This document shows positions 14,329 through 26,086 of a stretch of 64,000 nucleotides of DNA, one piece after another; the stretch's first letter is position 1, and the number at the start of each line of letters is the position of its first letter. The position numbers and the translations under genes were made by a program. The notes beneath the pieces were generated by a model that saw only the letters and a program-made list of their open reading frames with translations, was not told where the DNA came from and searched no databases. This DNA is from Octopus sinensis (Eukaryota). The stretch covers positions 77,004,001 through 77,068,000 of the forward strand of contig NC_042998.1 in the NCBI RefSeq assembly GCF_006345805.1. The letters run 5' to 3'.

Positions 14329-15504
14329 GTGTGTGTCTCTGTGTGTGTGTGTGTGTGTATGTACAGAAGCTAGGAATTCCCTTCCTGTAAGACATAAAGA
14401 GAAAAAGAATTGAAAATGAATGGAACAAATTGAAGGAGGTTCGTACCTGCTAAAGTGGAGAACACAATAAATCATCTCAACACGAGTAGTACAATAAGTG
14501 TGTCTACCAATAATTGTAGTTTTTCATTAACAATTTCCCCATTTAATGTTAATTGTCATTAGAAAATAGTGATTTATCGCATAACAGTGCTTGCAGACAC
14601 AACAATGTAATTAATAGTTAGACCAGATTCACTGACAACAAGTTCGAATATAATGTTTGCTATCCCATAGTATTCTTTAGTCAATCTCAGAATCAGTTTT
14701 CGATATGTTTGTTCTCGTTTGAATTCTGTTGGCTAGATTGTTGACAGCATACGATTGTGTTGCATTTAAAATTAAATGGTGTATTATACAACTTCGACTC
14801 TTAGCAGCATCATTATTCTAATTTATATCATGAATGAAATTCAGTGACGATTTCGCTTCATCAGTAAGGGTATGTGCGACCACAAACAACAATAACAAGA
14901 GCTTATTCGATAAAATGGATTAATTGGAAAAAATTTACTATATTTTTGTGGTGTACCTAAGTTGTTTTGTGAACATAATCTGAATTCTTAAACAAATTTG
15001 AAAGGCATTTTTACCGTACTGCTAAAAATGGGTCTCATTCCTTTCCCTTCCATGGTTACTTTTTGTTACATTTTCCGGTTGTCTCGTTCGATAAGAATAA
15101 AACATTTAGAAAATTGTAAATCTCATAAGTAAGCATGTGATTGTGATGACTTCTTTTGATAGTGGCGATATTTCTCCTAATAGGGCACACCTGCTTTCAT
15201 TTCTATAACTACTTAAGAATAATTCGGAAAATATGTAAAATAATTGAAAATAGCTACGACAAATAAGTGGTATACTGCAAATTGAAGATTATTTTAATAT
15301 TTTTTAGGCATTCATTTTCCCTCAAGGTTAGTGTTATGATTATATAGATTGTTATGAGATCTAACATTCTAGCGTTATCACATATCAGACGTTTGGAGAA
15401 GTCAGTTGAAATGCTACGCACAGTAATTTAGTCACTTATCCTTATAACTGCACAGATTCAATTGGCTTTCAATATAGTAAAAATAATATGTATATCTCCT
15501 ATCT

Positions 15505-15690
15505 TTTCCTTGTTTCAATCACTGGACTGCGGCCATACTGGAGCATCATCTTGAAAGTTATAGCGGAACAAATCGATCCTAGTGCTTATTTTCTTCTATC
15601 ATTTTTTTTCTCCAAAGATCTACGTTACCTTTACGTAAACAAATCAAGCGGTGTTGGGACACACACACACACACAAACATATATATTCGT
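15505..15690 (-). mobile_element. SINE family A 3' fragment
   Basis: GTTTCAATCACTGGACTGCGGCCATACTGGAGCATC matches the reverse of the family-A tail. Confidence 0.6.
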
Positions 15691-16042
15691 AACAGAATCA
15701 TATAGCAGTGATACAAACTTGTTACTATTTTAAATATGTGTAAGTCATATTCAAAACCGTAAGAAAGACATTCACTATTTTGTTACGGAGAAAATATTTT
15801 GCTGTACTTGTATAGGTGTAAACACACCAATTCAGCTCGAAGCACCCTCTTACCTACTTGTAGCGTTCCCTTTTCTCGTATATGATGCTGAATAAGAATT
15901 TCGCGAAATTTGAACACAGAAAACTTGTCGCAAAGCATTTTGTCTAATGCGTTAACATTTCTACCACCTGGTCGCCTTTATTTTGAAATAATGGTTTCAG
16001 ATTTTGGCACAGGGATAGCAGTTTTTGAAGAGTGTAATTTCT

Positions 16043-16890
16043 TTATTGCTCACATGAGGATAAAAATAGAGGGGGCAATACAAGACCAGACAAAAATATA
16101 AGTGGGGACAATGAAGGAAAAACGAATGGAAAATATGAATAATGAAATGGAATGAAGGCCACTCGACCCGACGTCCTAGCGACTTCATTTAAACCTTTTT
16201 AAGCAATGAATATATAGGTTACTAAAGTCCACGATTGGTGGTAACTTACTTGACTTAGTTTCCATTCTTAGGTCCAACATTTTTGCACCATACTCTTTAA
16301 TCAGACCGTTCTTATCCCCCTCACTCATCAGGCGCACCAGGAGTTCTAGGGTAAACCTTCATCTTCCGTCACGTCCATCGATACAGGTGAGTCTATTTTC
16401 TTTTATATTTCACTTCTCAGTTTTTTGTTCGCATTGTTACACATTATGGCGTAACACATTTTGGGGGGAGGGAGTTGGGGAATTTCGGGCATGTGATGTC
16501 TCTACAAGTTCTGTGTCAGGATGAGGGTTGATGACTACAGGCGGGGGATCACATTTTTCACTCAGTTCTTCTCTTTCCTCTTTTCTCTTTTTGGCTTGTG
16601 CACTCCATTCCTCTTGGTTTCCTTCTCCCTTCTCCAGCTCCACCTCACGCACACACAACGGCACAGGAGGTTGAGGTGCGGTTTCCACATTTGGTACCCT
16701 TGTGCTAGGTGGAGGGCAATCTGCCTTTATGTGGCCTTTTTCGCCGCATTTAAAGCATTGGGGCGTCCTGCCGCCCGCCATGAGACTCAGCTTTACATAT
16801 TCTCCGACTGAGATGGATTCCACCATCCTTTCCAAATCTCCTGGGACCGCCTGGAGTTTCTGAAGGGTGTAGGGAGTCGATGTTATCACT
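16043..16890 (-). mobile_element. Gag/ORF1-like zinc-knuckle element fragment (copy F, distinct family)
   Basis: ORF 16437-16889 carries CFKCGEKGHIKADC (CX2CX4HX4C). A T-rich 3' UTR ends in CAATAAA at ~16043. No RT follows. Confidence 0.65.
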
Positions 16891-17514
16891 CTAGTACTTG
16901 AATGGTTCTTATTTTATTGACTCCGAAAAAATGAACAGTAGATTCAACTTCAACGGAATTTGAACTCTATTTTAAAGTAATTCAAAACAATATATTGTGA
17001 GGGATTATTCCATTTGAATAATGCCGATAAATGTTTTCCTATGAAATTTAAAAAGATTACTATGCTTAGTAAGTTGTAAGCATAGAGTTCGATTAAAACG
17101 TTATTGGAAACGAAGTATAGGGAAAAAATCAAAGTGAAGCAATTGGTTTCGACAACGAAATCATTTTTAAAAAGTCAGAAAAATATATTAGATTGAACAA
17201 GAATTTATTTTTTTTAATATTTTAATATTTTATTGCTAATGGGTCGTGAAATTGAATTGGACTGTACAAAACGCAAAGGAAATTTTAATTAAAATCAATA
17301 TCACAAAGTTTCTCGAAATGTTTTATTGAGATTAGTCCTATTGGGGTTTACAAAACAAAACTTACAGTGTTGATACAGAAGATTAGAAATCAAAATATAC
17401 ACACGTATATAATCACGGACAAACACGTAACTGAATAAACTAACAATTCACACAGATATAGACCTATAAAAATAGAAGCATACAAACTCAAATCAGGCAA
17501 AAAATTGTTATCAA

Positions 17515-17550
17515 TAGCAGGAGTGGCTGTGTGGTAAGTAGCTCGCTTAC
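17515..17550 (+). mobile_element. SINE family A head (A box) ending in target copy AAGTAGCTCGCTTAC (17536-17550)
   Basis: GCAGGAGTGGCTGTGTGGTAAGTAGCTCGCTTAC matches the 5' end of the intact SINE at 47345-47775. The SINE continues at 20802. Confidence 0.85.
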
Positions 17551-19069
17551 TGCTACAAAGCTGTCGCGTTGTTTTTCGTCGCGGTGGAAGTCACGTCGTA
17601 CGTGAAAAACTGAACATTTGAAGCACAATCGCAGGTAAAGCATTTGTTTTTTGGGACCTTAGTGGGGTTTGCTGTTTGTATTTAAGAATTTTTTCGAACG
17701 GGGTTTCCACTGGGTTCCAGGCATTTGTTTGCCAGTGGTTGTGGAAGAAGACTCACTTCGAAGTGAAAATTGTGTTTATTTTGGGAGGCGTGTCCCTTCG
17801 AAAATGTTTTGGAATTTTCTATGTCTGAGTTTGTAGAAAAGTTGACCAAAGCCTGGGTGTGTGGGCTGCTACTCGGTATAGAGGCCGAGTGGATAGAAGA
17901 CACTATCCGTCAGGGCCTGGGTGGCGGCTGCCAGGCTCTTAAATGTAAAAATGTTGCCTGCGGTTGATTGGGTCGGGTCAAAAAATCAATTTTGACTCTA
18001 TGGACCCAATCAGCCGATGATCTGGTTTTACCAGATTTTTTTTAACAATGGCCGGTTCCAGTTACCCGGTGATGGTTGAGGGACGTCCCCCCAAGTGTCA
18101 CTTGTGCCTGGAATCGGGCCATATAAAGAAGAACTATTGCCGGGACCAGGCAAGGGTCCTGGAACAGTTCATTGAAACGGTGTCCCCTGCTCCCCCAGTG
18201 GAGGAAAAAGTCAAGGAAAGACGTAACCTGCTCGAAAACAAAAGGGAAGAAAAGAAAAAAGGTGGGCAAGAATGGTTGCCCACCGATGGATCCTGAAACG
18301 GCGAGGGGAGGGAGGATCTTCCAGAGATGTCGGAGGAACTCCACCCTCCCGTCGAAAAAGGAAAAAAGAAGAGAAAGAAGAAAAACGGGGCATTGCTGGC
18401 GACGGCATGTCCCGAAACTCCATCGGTGGGATATGTGCCACCGGAGGGGGAAGAAGATAACCTCGTCAGTGAGATGTGTGCCAATGAGAGAGGGAGTTGA
18501 GGCCCCTCCCAGTGAAAGTGATGAAGAATATATGTTCTTCTATTCAGGGGAGGAGTTATTGACAGTTTCGTTGAGAATAATATGGGTAGTCAGGTCCTGG
18601 GAAACCCGACTTGTATTGACAGCCCAGAGTGGCCTCCGCAGGTGGCTGCTCTGGTGCTGGAAAGAAAGTACTGTGATCTTATAATTGACACGTGTAAAAA
18701 CGAGAATTATAGAATTCTTTTGTGGAGCCCCGGATTGCGGTTGCATGAATGCCTGCAAGTTGCAAGAAAATTACTCGGAGAAGGATTGTAGAGGTTTATC
18801 GCCTTCATTTTGTATATAAATTGTGTTTTATAATTGTATAGACTTTTTAGTCCAAATATATTGTATTTGTAATTATAAGAGGGTTAATGCCTCTGTATAT
18901 GCGTTTTTAAAGAACAATATTTTAGAGAAGCAGAATGTCGGCGGGCGCTTTCTGTCTTCTCCCATCTTTATCATTTTTGTATCATACTCATTCGCCTCAT
19001 CACTGTTTGTGTCCAGCCTGCAAAATTACCTTATCTATATGCTGCCTACATGGCAAATTCAATGAATAA
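17551..19069 (+). mobile_element. SINE-targeted ORF1-only element, copy A (internal deletion of ORF N-terminus)
   Basis: Flanked by target copies at 17536-17550 and 19070-19084. The 5' UTR is homologous to copies B and E, and the element ends in ATGAATAAA. Confidence 0.8.
17835..18791 (+). pseudogene. Gag/ORF1-like protein remnant (copy A)
   Basis: KLTKAWVCGLLLGIEAEWIEDTIRQGLG, YPVMVEGRPPKCHLCLESGHIKKNYC, and C-terminal WPPQVAALVL...PGLRLHECLQ, broken by frameshifts. Confidence 0.75.
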
Positions 19070-19084
19070 AAGTAGCTTGCTTAC
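19070..19084 (+). other. Regenerated target site between tandem copies A and B
   Basis: AAGTAGCTTGCTTAC lies directly after A's AATAAA and directly before B's 5' end. Confidence 0.9.
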
Positions 19085-20786
19085 TTCAGTACAGAGAGGA
19101 CGCGTTTTTTTCGCGGTGGAAGTCACGTCGGTGAGTGTCAACGTCGAGAAATAGTGAAGCACAACTACTAGGTAAGATGTCTGATTTTCTGGGACCTAGT
19201 GGGGTTATGTTGCTGGTATTATTTATTCTTTGTCGAACAAGTGTTCTCCACTGGGTTCTATGCATTTGTCTGCCAGTGGTCGTGCTTAAAGTCTCACTTG
19301 GTTGTGAGAGGTTTGTTTTGAGAGGCGTGTCTCTCCGAAAATTGTGTTATTTCCAACTATTTCCGCCAGGAGGATTACCAATTGGCCTGAAGTACCGGGA
19401 TGGCCAGAAAAATCGCTGTGTTTTGTGTTTAAAGTCTCACTTAGCTGGGAGAAACCAAAATTGGAATATTTTTGTGCTGCGATGGCGAACCTACATTGTT
19501 TCAATTGAACTGTCTTCCTTCGTTCTTTGCTCTATCTTTCCGTTCTTTATTTTAGGGGGGGGGCTTATTGATTTTTCATTTCAAACTTTTTTGAACTTTT
19601 ATTTTGAGCATTTTTTATTTGCTCTGTTTTGTCATCATGACAACTAAAAACACTGTATTGGAGTGGCAAATTGTGGCTCCCAAGCAGTGGCTAAAAAAAT
19701 TTAATGCGAGAACGGTGGTATTGACGACGTATTCTACGTCCCTCGACACCATAGCTGTGTTCTCCCATTTTTAACAATGGCCTGTTCCAGGCACCTAGTG
19801 ATATTTGAGAGACGCCGCTCCCCTCAAGTGTTTCCTGTGCCTGGAATTGGTCCACATAAAGAAAAACTGTCTCCGGCACCAAGCAAAGGTCCTGGAAAAG
19901 TTAATAGAAGAGCCCCCTGCTCCCTCATTGGATGGGAAGGAGAGAGGGAGGAAATCGAGGAGGAGGCAACCCCATAAAAAAAGAAGGGGAGAAAAAGAAA
20001 GGTGGGCAACAATGGTTGCCCATCAATGGATCCTGAGGCAGCGGAAGGAATAGAAGAACTTCCAGACAAGACGGAGGAAGTCCACCCTCCCGTCGTAAAG
20101 GAAAAGCGGAAACGAAAAAAAAGGAGAAGAATGGAACATTGCCGGCGGTTGATGGTGAACTGCAGGCATGCCCGGAAATTTGTCGATGGGATGCCTGCCG
20201 CCGACAGAGGAAACAGCGGCCCCTCCTGGAAGGAGAAAAAAGGAGTTTGTCATCTTCTTGTAGAAGGGTGGGGCAGTACAGAGCTTCGTAGAGAAGCTGG
20301 ATGACCGGAGTGAGGAGCCCATGCCATGGACAGAGGACAAGGATTGGCATTCGCAGGTGACTATGAAGGTCATATCGGATGTCGGTATGTTCAGGGTGAT
20401 AGAAGCTTTCTCGAAGGACATGTTCAGATTTGCATTCTGGGGCCTCGACCTGGACTTGGAGCAGTGCCTATTGTAGCGTACAGCCTGGTCGGGGAGGAAG
20501 GAACTTAATTGCCTCAACTATGTGTTTTAAATTGTAGAAACTGTGGTAAGAGGTTTATTGCCCCAACTACGTGTTTTAAATCGTAAAAACTATTGTAAGC
20601 GGTTTAATGCATCATTTTGTATTTTTCTGAAGAACAATGTTTTAGAGAAGCAAAAGTCGGCGGGCGCTTTTTGTCTTCTCCCATCCTTATTATCTTCGTT
20701 TCATTATCATTTACTTCATTAATGTTCTTGTCTAGCCCGCAAAGCTACACTTTATGTACTGCCTTAATGGAAAATGCAATGAAATA
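19085..20786 (+). mobile_element. SINE-targeted ORF1-only element, copy B (internal deletion within RRM-like region)
   Basis: Starts TTCAGT (Inr-like) and ends ATGAAATA, followed by the target at 20787-20801 and the SINE body. Confidence 0.8.
19637..20476 (+). pseudogene. Gag/ORF1-like protein remnant (copy B)
   Basis: MTTKNTVLEWQIVAPKQW..., CFLCLELVHIKKNC, and C-terminal WHSQVTMKVI...FWGLDLDLEQCL. Confidence 0.75.
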
Positions 20787-21005
20787 AAGTAGCTTGCTTA
20801 CTAACCACATGGTTCCGGGTACAGTCCCACTGCGTGGCATCTTCGGCAAGTGTATTCTACTATAGCCTCGGGCCGACCAAAACCTTTGTGAGTGGATTTG
20901 TTAGACGTAAATATATATATGTATGTACAAAGAATAAGTCCTGGGTTTGATTTGCTCGACTAAAGGTGGCTCCAGCATGGCCGCAGTCAAATGACAAACA
21001 AGAAT
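20787..21005 (+). mobile_element. Target copy plus 3' body of the interrupted SINE family A
   Basis: AAGTAGCTTGCTTAC-TAACCACATGGTTCCGGGTACAGTCCCACTGCGTGGCATCTTCGGCAAGTG..., with tail CAGCATGGCCGCAGTCAAATGAC. Confidence 0.9.
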
Positions 21006-22290
21006 ATATATATATATATGTTCGTTAATGATATTTTATATGGGTGTTTTCCCATATATAAATATTTCAATGTCTCGATTAAAAAATACCGACGAACAAG
21101 TGCGCACACACGTATACATATATAAGAATATATAAATAAACATATGGATATTATTGCTGTATCTCGACCCTTTAATAACTTCTTTCTAATATTAGCACAA
21201 AATCAGCCATTTTGAGTGGAAAAGGTAAGTCGATTTCAACGACCTTAGTACTTGACTGCTACTCTCTAAATAAATACATATGCGTATGGACACATATATA
21301 AATACATAAACACACAAACACGCACACAAATATGTCTCACATTTTCAACGTGGAAGAGTCATTTTATTCATTTAAGAACTCCCAAATCTGTATTTCATTT
21401 TCACTTAGTTATTGGGGGAATCATCGATAGCTTTATAAAGTATTATTGACGCAACTTCCTGAGCCTTCACATCCGAGACTCATGACAAAAGAGATAAAAA
21501 AAATTACAATAACACGTGTGATTTTAGTAATGAAACGTGCAAATTTAGAAATGTAGTAAAATTGAACCTAAAAGTTAAGAACAGGAATCCATTTCAACAC
21601 GTCAGAAACTAAGTATATCACAACGTTATATATTTGAAAGCTAATAAAACGCACTAAAAATAAGATAGGTCTCAAAAATATCTGTGGTGTGCCCATTCGT
21701 GGGTAAATAATCACAATATATGCAAGGGAATTTTTTATGCTAGACCGGTGAAGTAGGGTTCATCTCATATGAAGAGGAAACGTTCTCTGTTGTTAAAGGC
21801 TTTGTATCGAGTGAAGATTATGCAGTAACTGGGATTGAATTGCGTGACAGAAAAGCACTTTCGAAGTTCGGACACTGATAGAATGTTTCATATAAAACAT
21901 ATTTCACTCGTACTGTTTTCGAGAAAGGTTTGTATTTTCAAAATTATTTCGTGTTAAAGTTGTCGTATTTCGGTAATTTCAACCAATCAATGACGTGTAT
22001 TCAGCTGAATAAAATTACTGCTGTTGTTTGTCAACAACAACTTCCGGCGGTGTATATTTCGTTTGTCACTGTTATTTATAACATATTTCATCTCAGTTAC
22101 GATTGTATGAATAAATGAGTGTATCTCAAGCATGTTTACTACATGGTGCCACCACAATCGTTCGTGCATTTCTACAAGTTTTGTTACCCGTAGAAATGTA
22201 TTAAAAATGAATAAAGCTGAATTGCTCAATATTATTGAATGACAAAAATCACTATTCCAGTTTAATGATGCGAACATACATGCACACAAA

Positions 22291-22292
<2 letters not shown>

Positions 22293-22382
<90 letters not shown>
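22293..22382. repeat. (TATC)n microsatellite
   Basis: Perfect tetranucleotide run; a similar run occurs at ~29016-29086. Confidence 0.95.
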
Positions 22383-22383
<1 letters not shown>

Positions 22384-24218
22384 ATTGTCTGTATGTATGC
22401 ATGTATGTGTATATATGTGTATAATATATGTTTAAATAAAATGCAGGGAAAAGCCTTGTAGAATGCTAGGCAAAGTTGGTCCACATTCATTGGTTATCTG
22501 ATGTCATCATGCAATAGAAATGCTCTTGGTACTGGATATACACATCGGGAAATCCATAATATCCCTACAGTTTATATAAATAGATAAATGATAACAAATG
22601 GAATGAACGACATTCTTTACTTTAAACCAGACCAATTGTTTTGATATTTTATTTATTTTATTTTATTTTATCTAGTTTCAGCTCACAAGCTGTGACCATG
22701 CTGAGGCACCGCCATTCGGTGTTGCTACATGATTTTACTTCACGAATGCTTTTTAGCAATTGACATTTGGTGCGTAGTGTATCGATGAATTGTGCATTCA
22801 TTAGCATGCAATCAAGGTGTAAAATGCACCTTATCAAGAGATTATTTCAATAAGTCCTTAGATCCTCTTGCCATTCTAGTCAGTGTAAAAATGCATACTT
22901 AATGTGATGTGGCAGTCAAGCGATCGTCGGACGGCAGTCCGAAGACTGCTTCTTTAGTTCTTTTTTAAGAATAATAAATTTGTACTCGCCAAAAGTACAG
23001 AATAACCCATCTTGTTAATGTAAAATTGTTTCTATTATAAATAAATATAAGGCGGCCAGCTGGTAGAATGTTTAATGGAATTTCGTCCGTCTTAACGTTC
23101 TGAGTTCAAATTCTGCCGAGGTTGAACTTTGCCTTTCGTCCTTTCCCCTAAATATGTCTGGTCTTCTGTCAAAATTCGAAACCATCATAAATAAACATAA
23201 AAAAAAACATGAGTGTGTGCGTACAGAGAGAGGTATGGAGAAGACGTGTAAATGAGAGGAAAATGAGACAATAAAACCTTGTATTCATAGAGACTCAGAA
23301 CAATTTGAGTTATATATATGGGAGAGTGTGAAATATTAAAAAAAAACAAAAAAACAATTGGAATGCTTATACAACTGTATGGATACTTGCACTTTTTAAC
23401 ATGAGCTATAAATATTAAGCATTATCATAATAACAATAGTCAAGTATGTATCAATTTTCATTTTTCATATATTCAACATTTCCTTTCACAGAAACACAAA
23501 ATTATTCGGTCACTGAATATATTGAATATAAGAAAATATAGTTTTAATAAAACTTTTAGTTTAAAATGGTTCAGTCACTTTAAGAATGACTGGCAGATAT
23601 CAAATAGAATTTCTAAGCAAATCTGTCGACGAATGCGTTTGCTGCATTGAGGTGGTTGTATTGTAATTATATTGTTTCCTATGGTTTTCTTAGGTGATAT
23701 TTTAGTTTCTGCTCCTGCGATTTTATACGTTGTAACAGATGAAAATATTATTCTCAACATTTAGGTCGTCGTCGTTGTGGTATTGAAGTTGGTGTGGCAG
23801 AAGCCATAAACTTTGTGAGAAAATAACCTGCAATGGTTTGGATAAAATGTATCTCTTCCGAGTTCAAATCTATTCAAAATCAACTTTTATTTTATTTATA
23901 TATCTGATATTGCATCAGAAAAGTACTTTTGTTGAATTAATGAAAGTATATCAAATTGTATGATTTTTACCAATATTTGATTTTTACCAATATTTGTTTC
24001 ATAAAATTTGAAATCAATATTTGAAATGTAGGTAGGATAGAGGTTTCAAAATAATCACAAACAAAGAACAAAAACATGCAGGGAAAAGGACAAACGGGGC
24101 TCAGAAAAAATATGCTTTTGAAGTTTCTACTCTACGATCTTCTACAGAGGGAAATGGGGAGAGGAAACAGATATAACGAGAAAAATATAGAGGAAACACC
24201 TGTCTAAATTAATGATGA

Positions 24219-25273
24219 CTAGCGGTATAACCCGGCCTTGCCCGGGATTAAGTTACGATTATTAAGCTAATCAAGTTCTTTATTTCAAAACAAACTAAGT
24301 AATATCGACGTCAAATTTGGGCGAAATCCGTTGAAATTGGTTATATTATATATATTATATATATATAATATCATATAATATAAATATATATGGGCAACAG
24401 ACACGAACACACATACACATACGTACGTACGTACACCTATTGCATGTTTTGTGCATGCACACATGTTCATAAACAGAAATGAATGGAAAAAATTTTGTTA
24501 AATTTGTAGATTAACACTTGCATGATTTTCATTAAGAAATAAAAATCGTTTTTTTTTTTGCGTGGAATCAACTACTCTGGCCTCCTAATATGCTAGAAAA
24601 CCCCTTTTTATGTCCGTGAAACTGAGTGGGGTGTAGTGGAAGCCTCGGGAATTGTACCCATTTATATTGTGTAATTCACTGACAAATTGTCACTTACTTC
24701 TTTGTTGTTAAATAAATGGATTCTCAAAAAAACGATTTTTATTACTCGGCGTAAAATAAAAAAAAACTCTTTCGCACCCAAAGTAATGTGTGTGTGAGAG
24801 AGAGGGGGAGAAAGATGAACAATTTAAAATAAATAAATGATTAAAAAAATATTGTAATTGTTGTGTGAGAAAGTATATATACTATGATTATAAAATATAG
24901 TGTCTTTCAAAAAAACCTGAATTTGAACATTATATCTCGTGTTTAAGAAAAACAAAACATTTTACATTTATTTTTTATGAACGTCGTCACTTACTCTCTC
25001 TCTCTCTCTCTCTCTCAGTTTGTCTTTCCCGTGAAACTCCCTGCCTCTCTTCCACTTTTCTTTATTTTGTTTTCTTTTTGTTAGACGCCGTCAAAAGGCT
25101 GAAAATAGATTTTTACCGCTAAAAGCTATGGCTGAAAATAGATTTTTACCACTATCCGCGGGTGCCTCGGGAAAAAAATAAGTTAACAAAACCCAGATAC
25201 GATGTTGACGAATGTCCTCCTAAAATTTGAGCGATATGCGTGCTAATTTGTGGATGTGCATAAACTACAATCA

Positions 25274-25312
<39 letters not shown>

Positions 25313-25335
25313 CTTGCCTTATATATATATATACG
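24219..25335 (+). mobile_element. Putative non-autonomous Helitron/Helentron-like (HINE) element
   Basis: Start ACTAGCGGTATAACCCGGCCTTGCCCGGG (short hairpin), with (CA)n near the 3' end followed by TTATATATAT. The class is inferred from end architecture. Confidence 0.4.
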
Positions 25336-25689
25336 GATAAAGGAGGACAGAAGGAGTAGTTTAAAGAGAAATCCTTTTCCTATTTTTACATGATGCTCTT
25401 CATTAAGAGTTCAAATCCCGAGGAAATTGACTTTTGTCCTTTTAGTTAGATACGTCTCTGCTAATTATTCTTGCCGTTTAAAACGAATACACAACTTCAA
25501 CATCCCGAAAGAATTGGGCTTTAATATAAATTACTACCAATTTTATTGTAATTTTCTGATTAAATATCCCTTAGACGTAGTCTATAAAATAATATACCTA
25601 TCTTGTCCTGGGGTCTATTTACACTCTCCACAACGTGTCTCTCTGTGCCACTAGTGGACATTAACATATATTTACTCTCTCTCTCTATT

Positions 25690-25897
25690 ACTTTCAGTCA
25701 TTTGACTGCGGACATACTGGAGAACGGTCTTTTATAGTCGAGCAAAACGGACCCAGAGCTTATTCTTTGTAAGCCTAGTACATATTCTATCAGTCTCTTT
25801 TGCCGAACCGCTAAGTTACGGGGACGTAAACACACCAGCATCGGGTGTCAAGCGATGCTGGGGGACATACAGAGACACAAACTTATACATACACATT

Positions 25898-25928
<31 letters not shown>

Positions 25929-26086
25929 TCATATATATATATATACGACGGGCTTCATCCAGTTTCCGTCTACCAAATCCACTTACAAGGCTTTGGTCAG
26001 CCTTAGGCTATAGTAGAAGACACTTGCCCAAGGTGCCACGCAGTAGGACTGAACCCGGAGCCACGTTGTTGGTAAGCAAGCTACTT
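25690..26086 (-). mobile_element. Target copy (26072-26086) plus 3' body of SINE family A, joined to element C
   Basis: The reverse strand reads ATGAAATA|AAGTAGCTTGCTTAC|CAACAACGTGGCTCCGGGTTCAGTCCTACTGCGTGGCACCTTGGGCAAGTG... Confidence 0.9.

Noticed and set aside
14846-14864. CTGATGA-AGC-GAAA-TCGTC hammerhead-like string on the minus strand
   Set aside because: No stem II can form and no stem I complement was found; likely chance.
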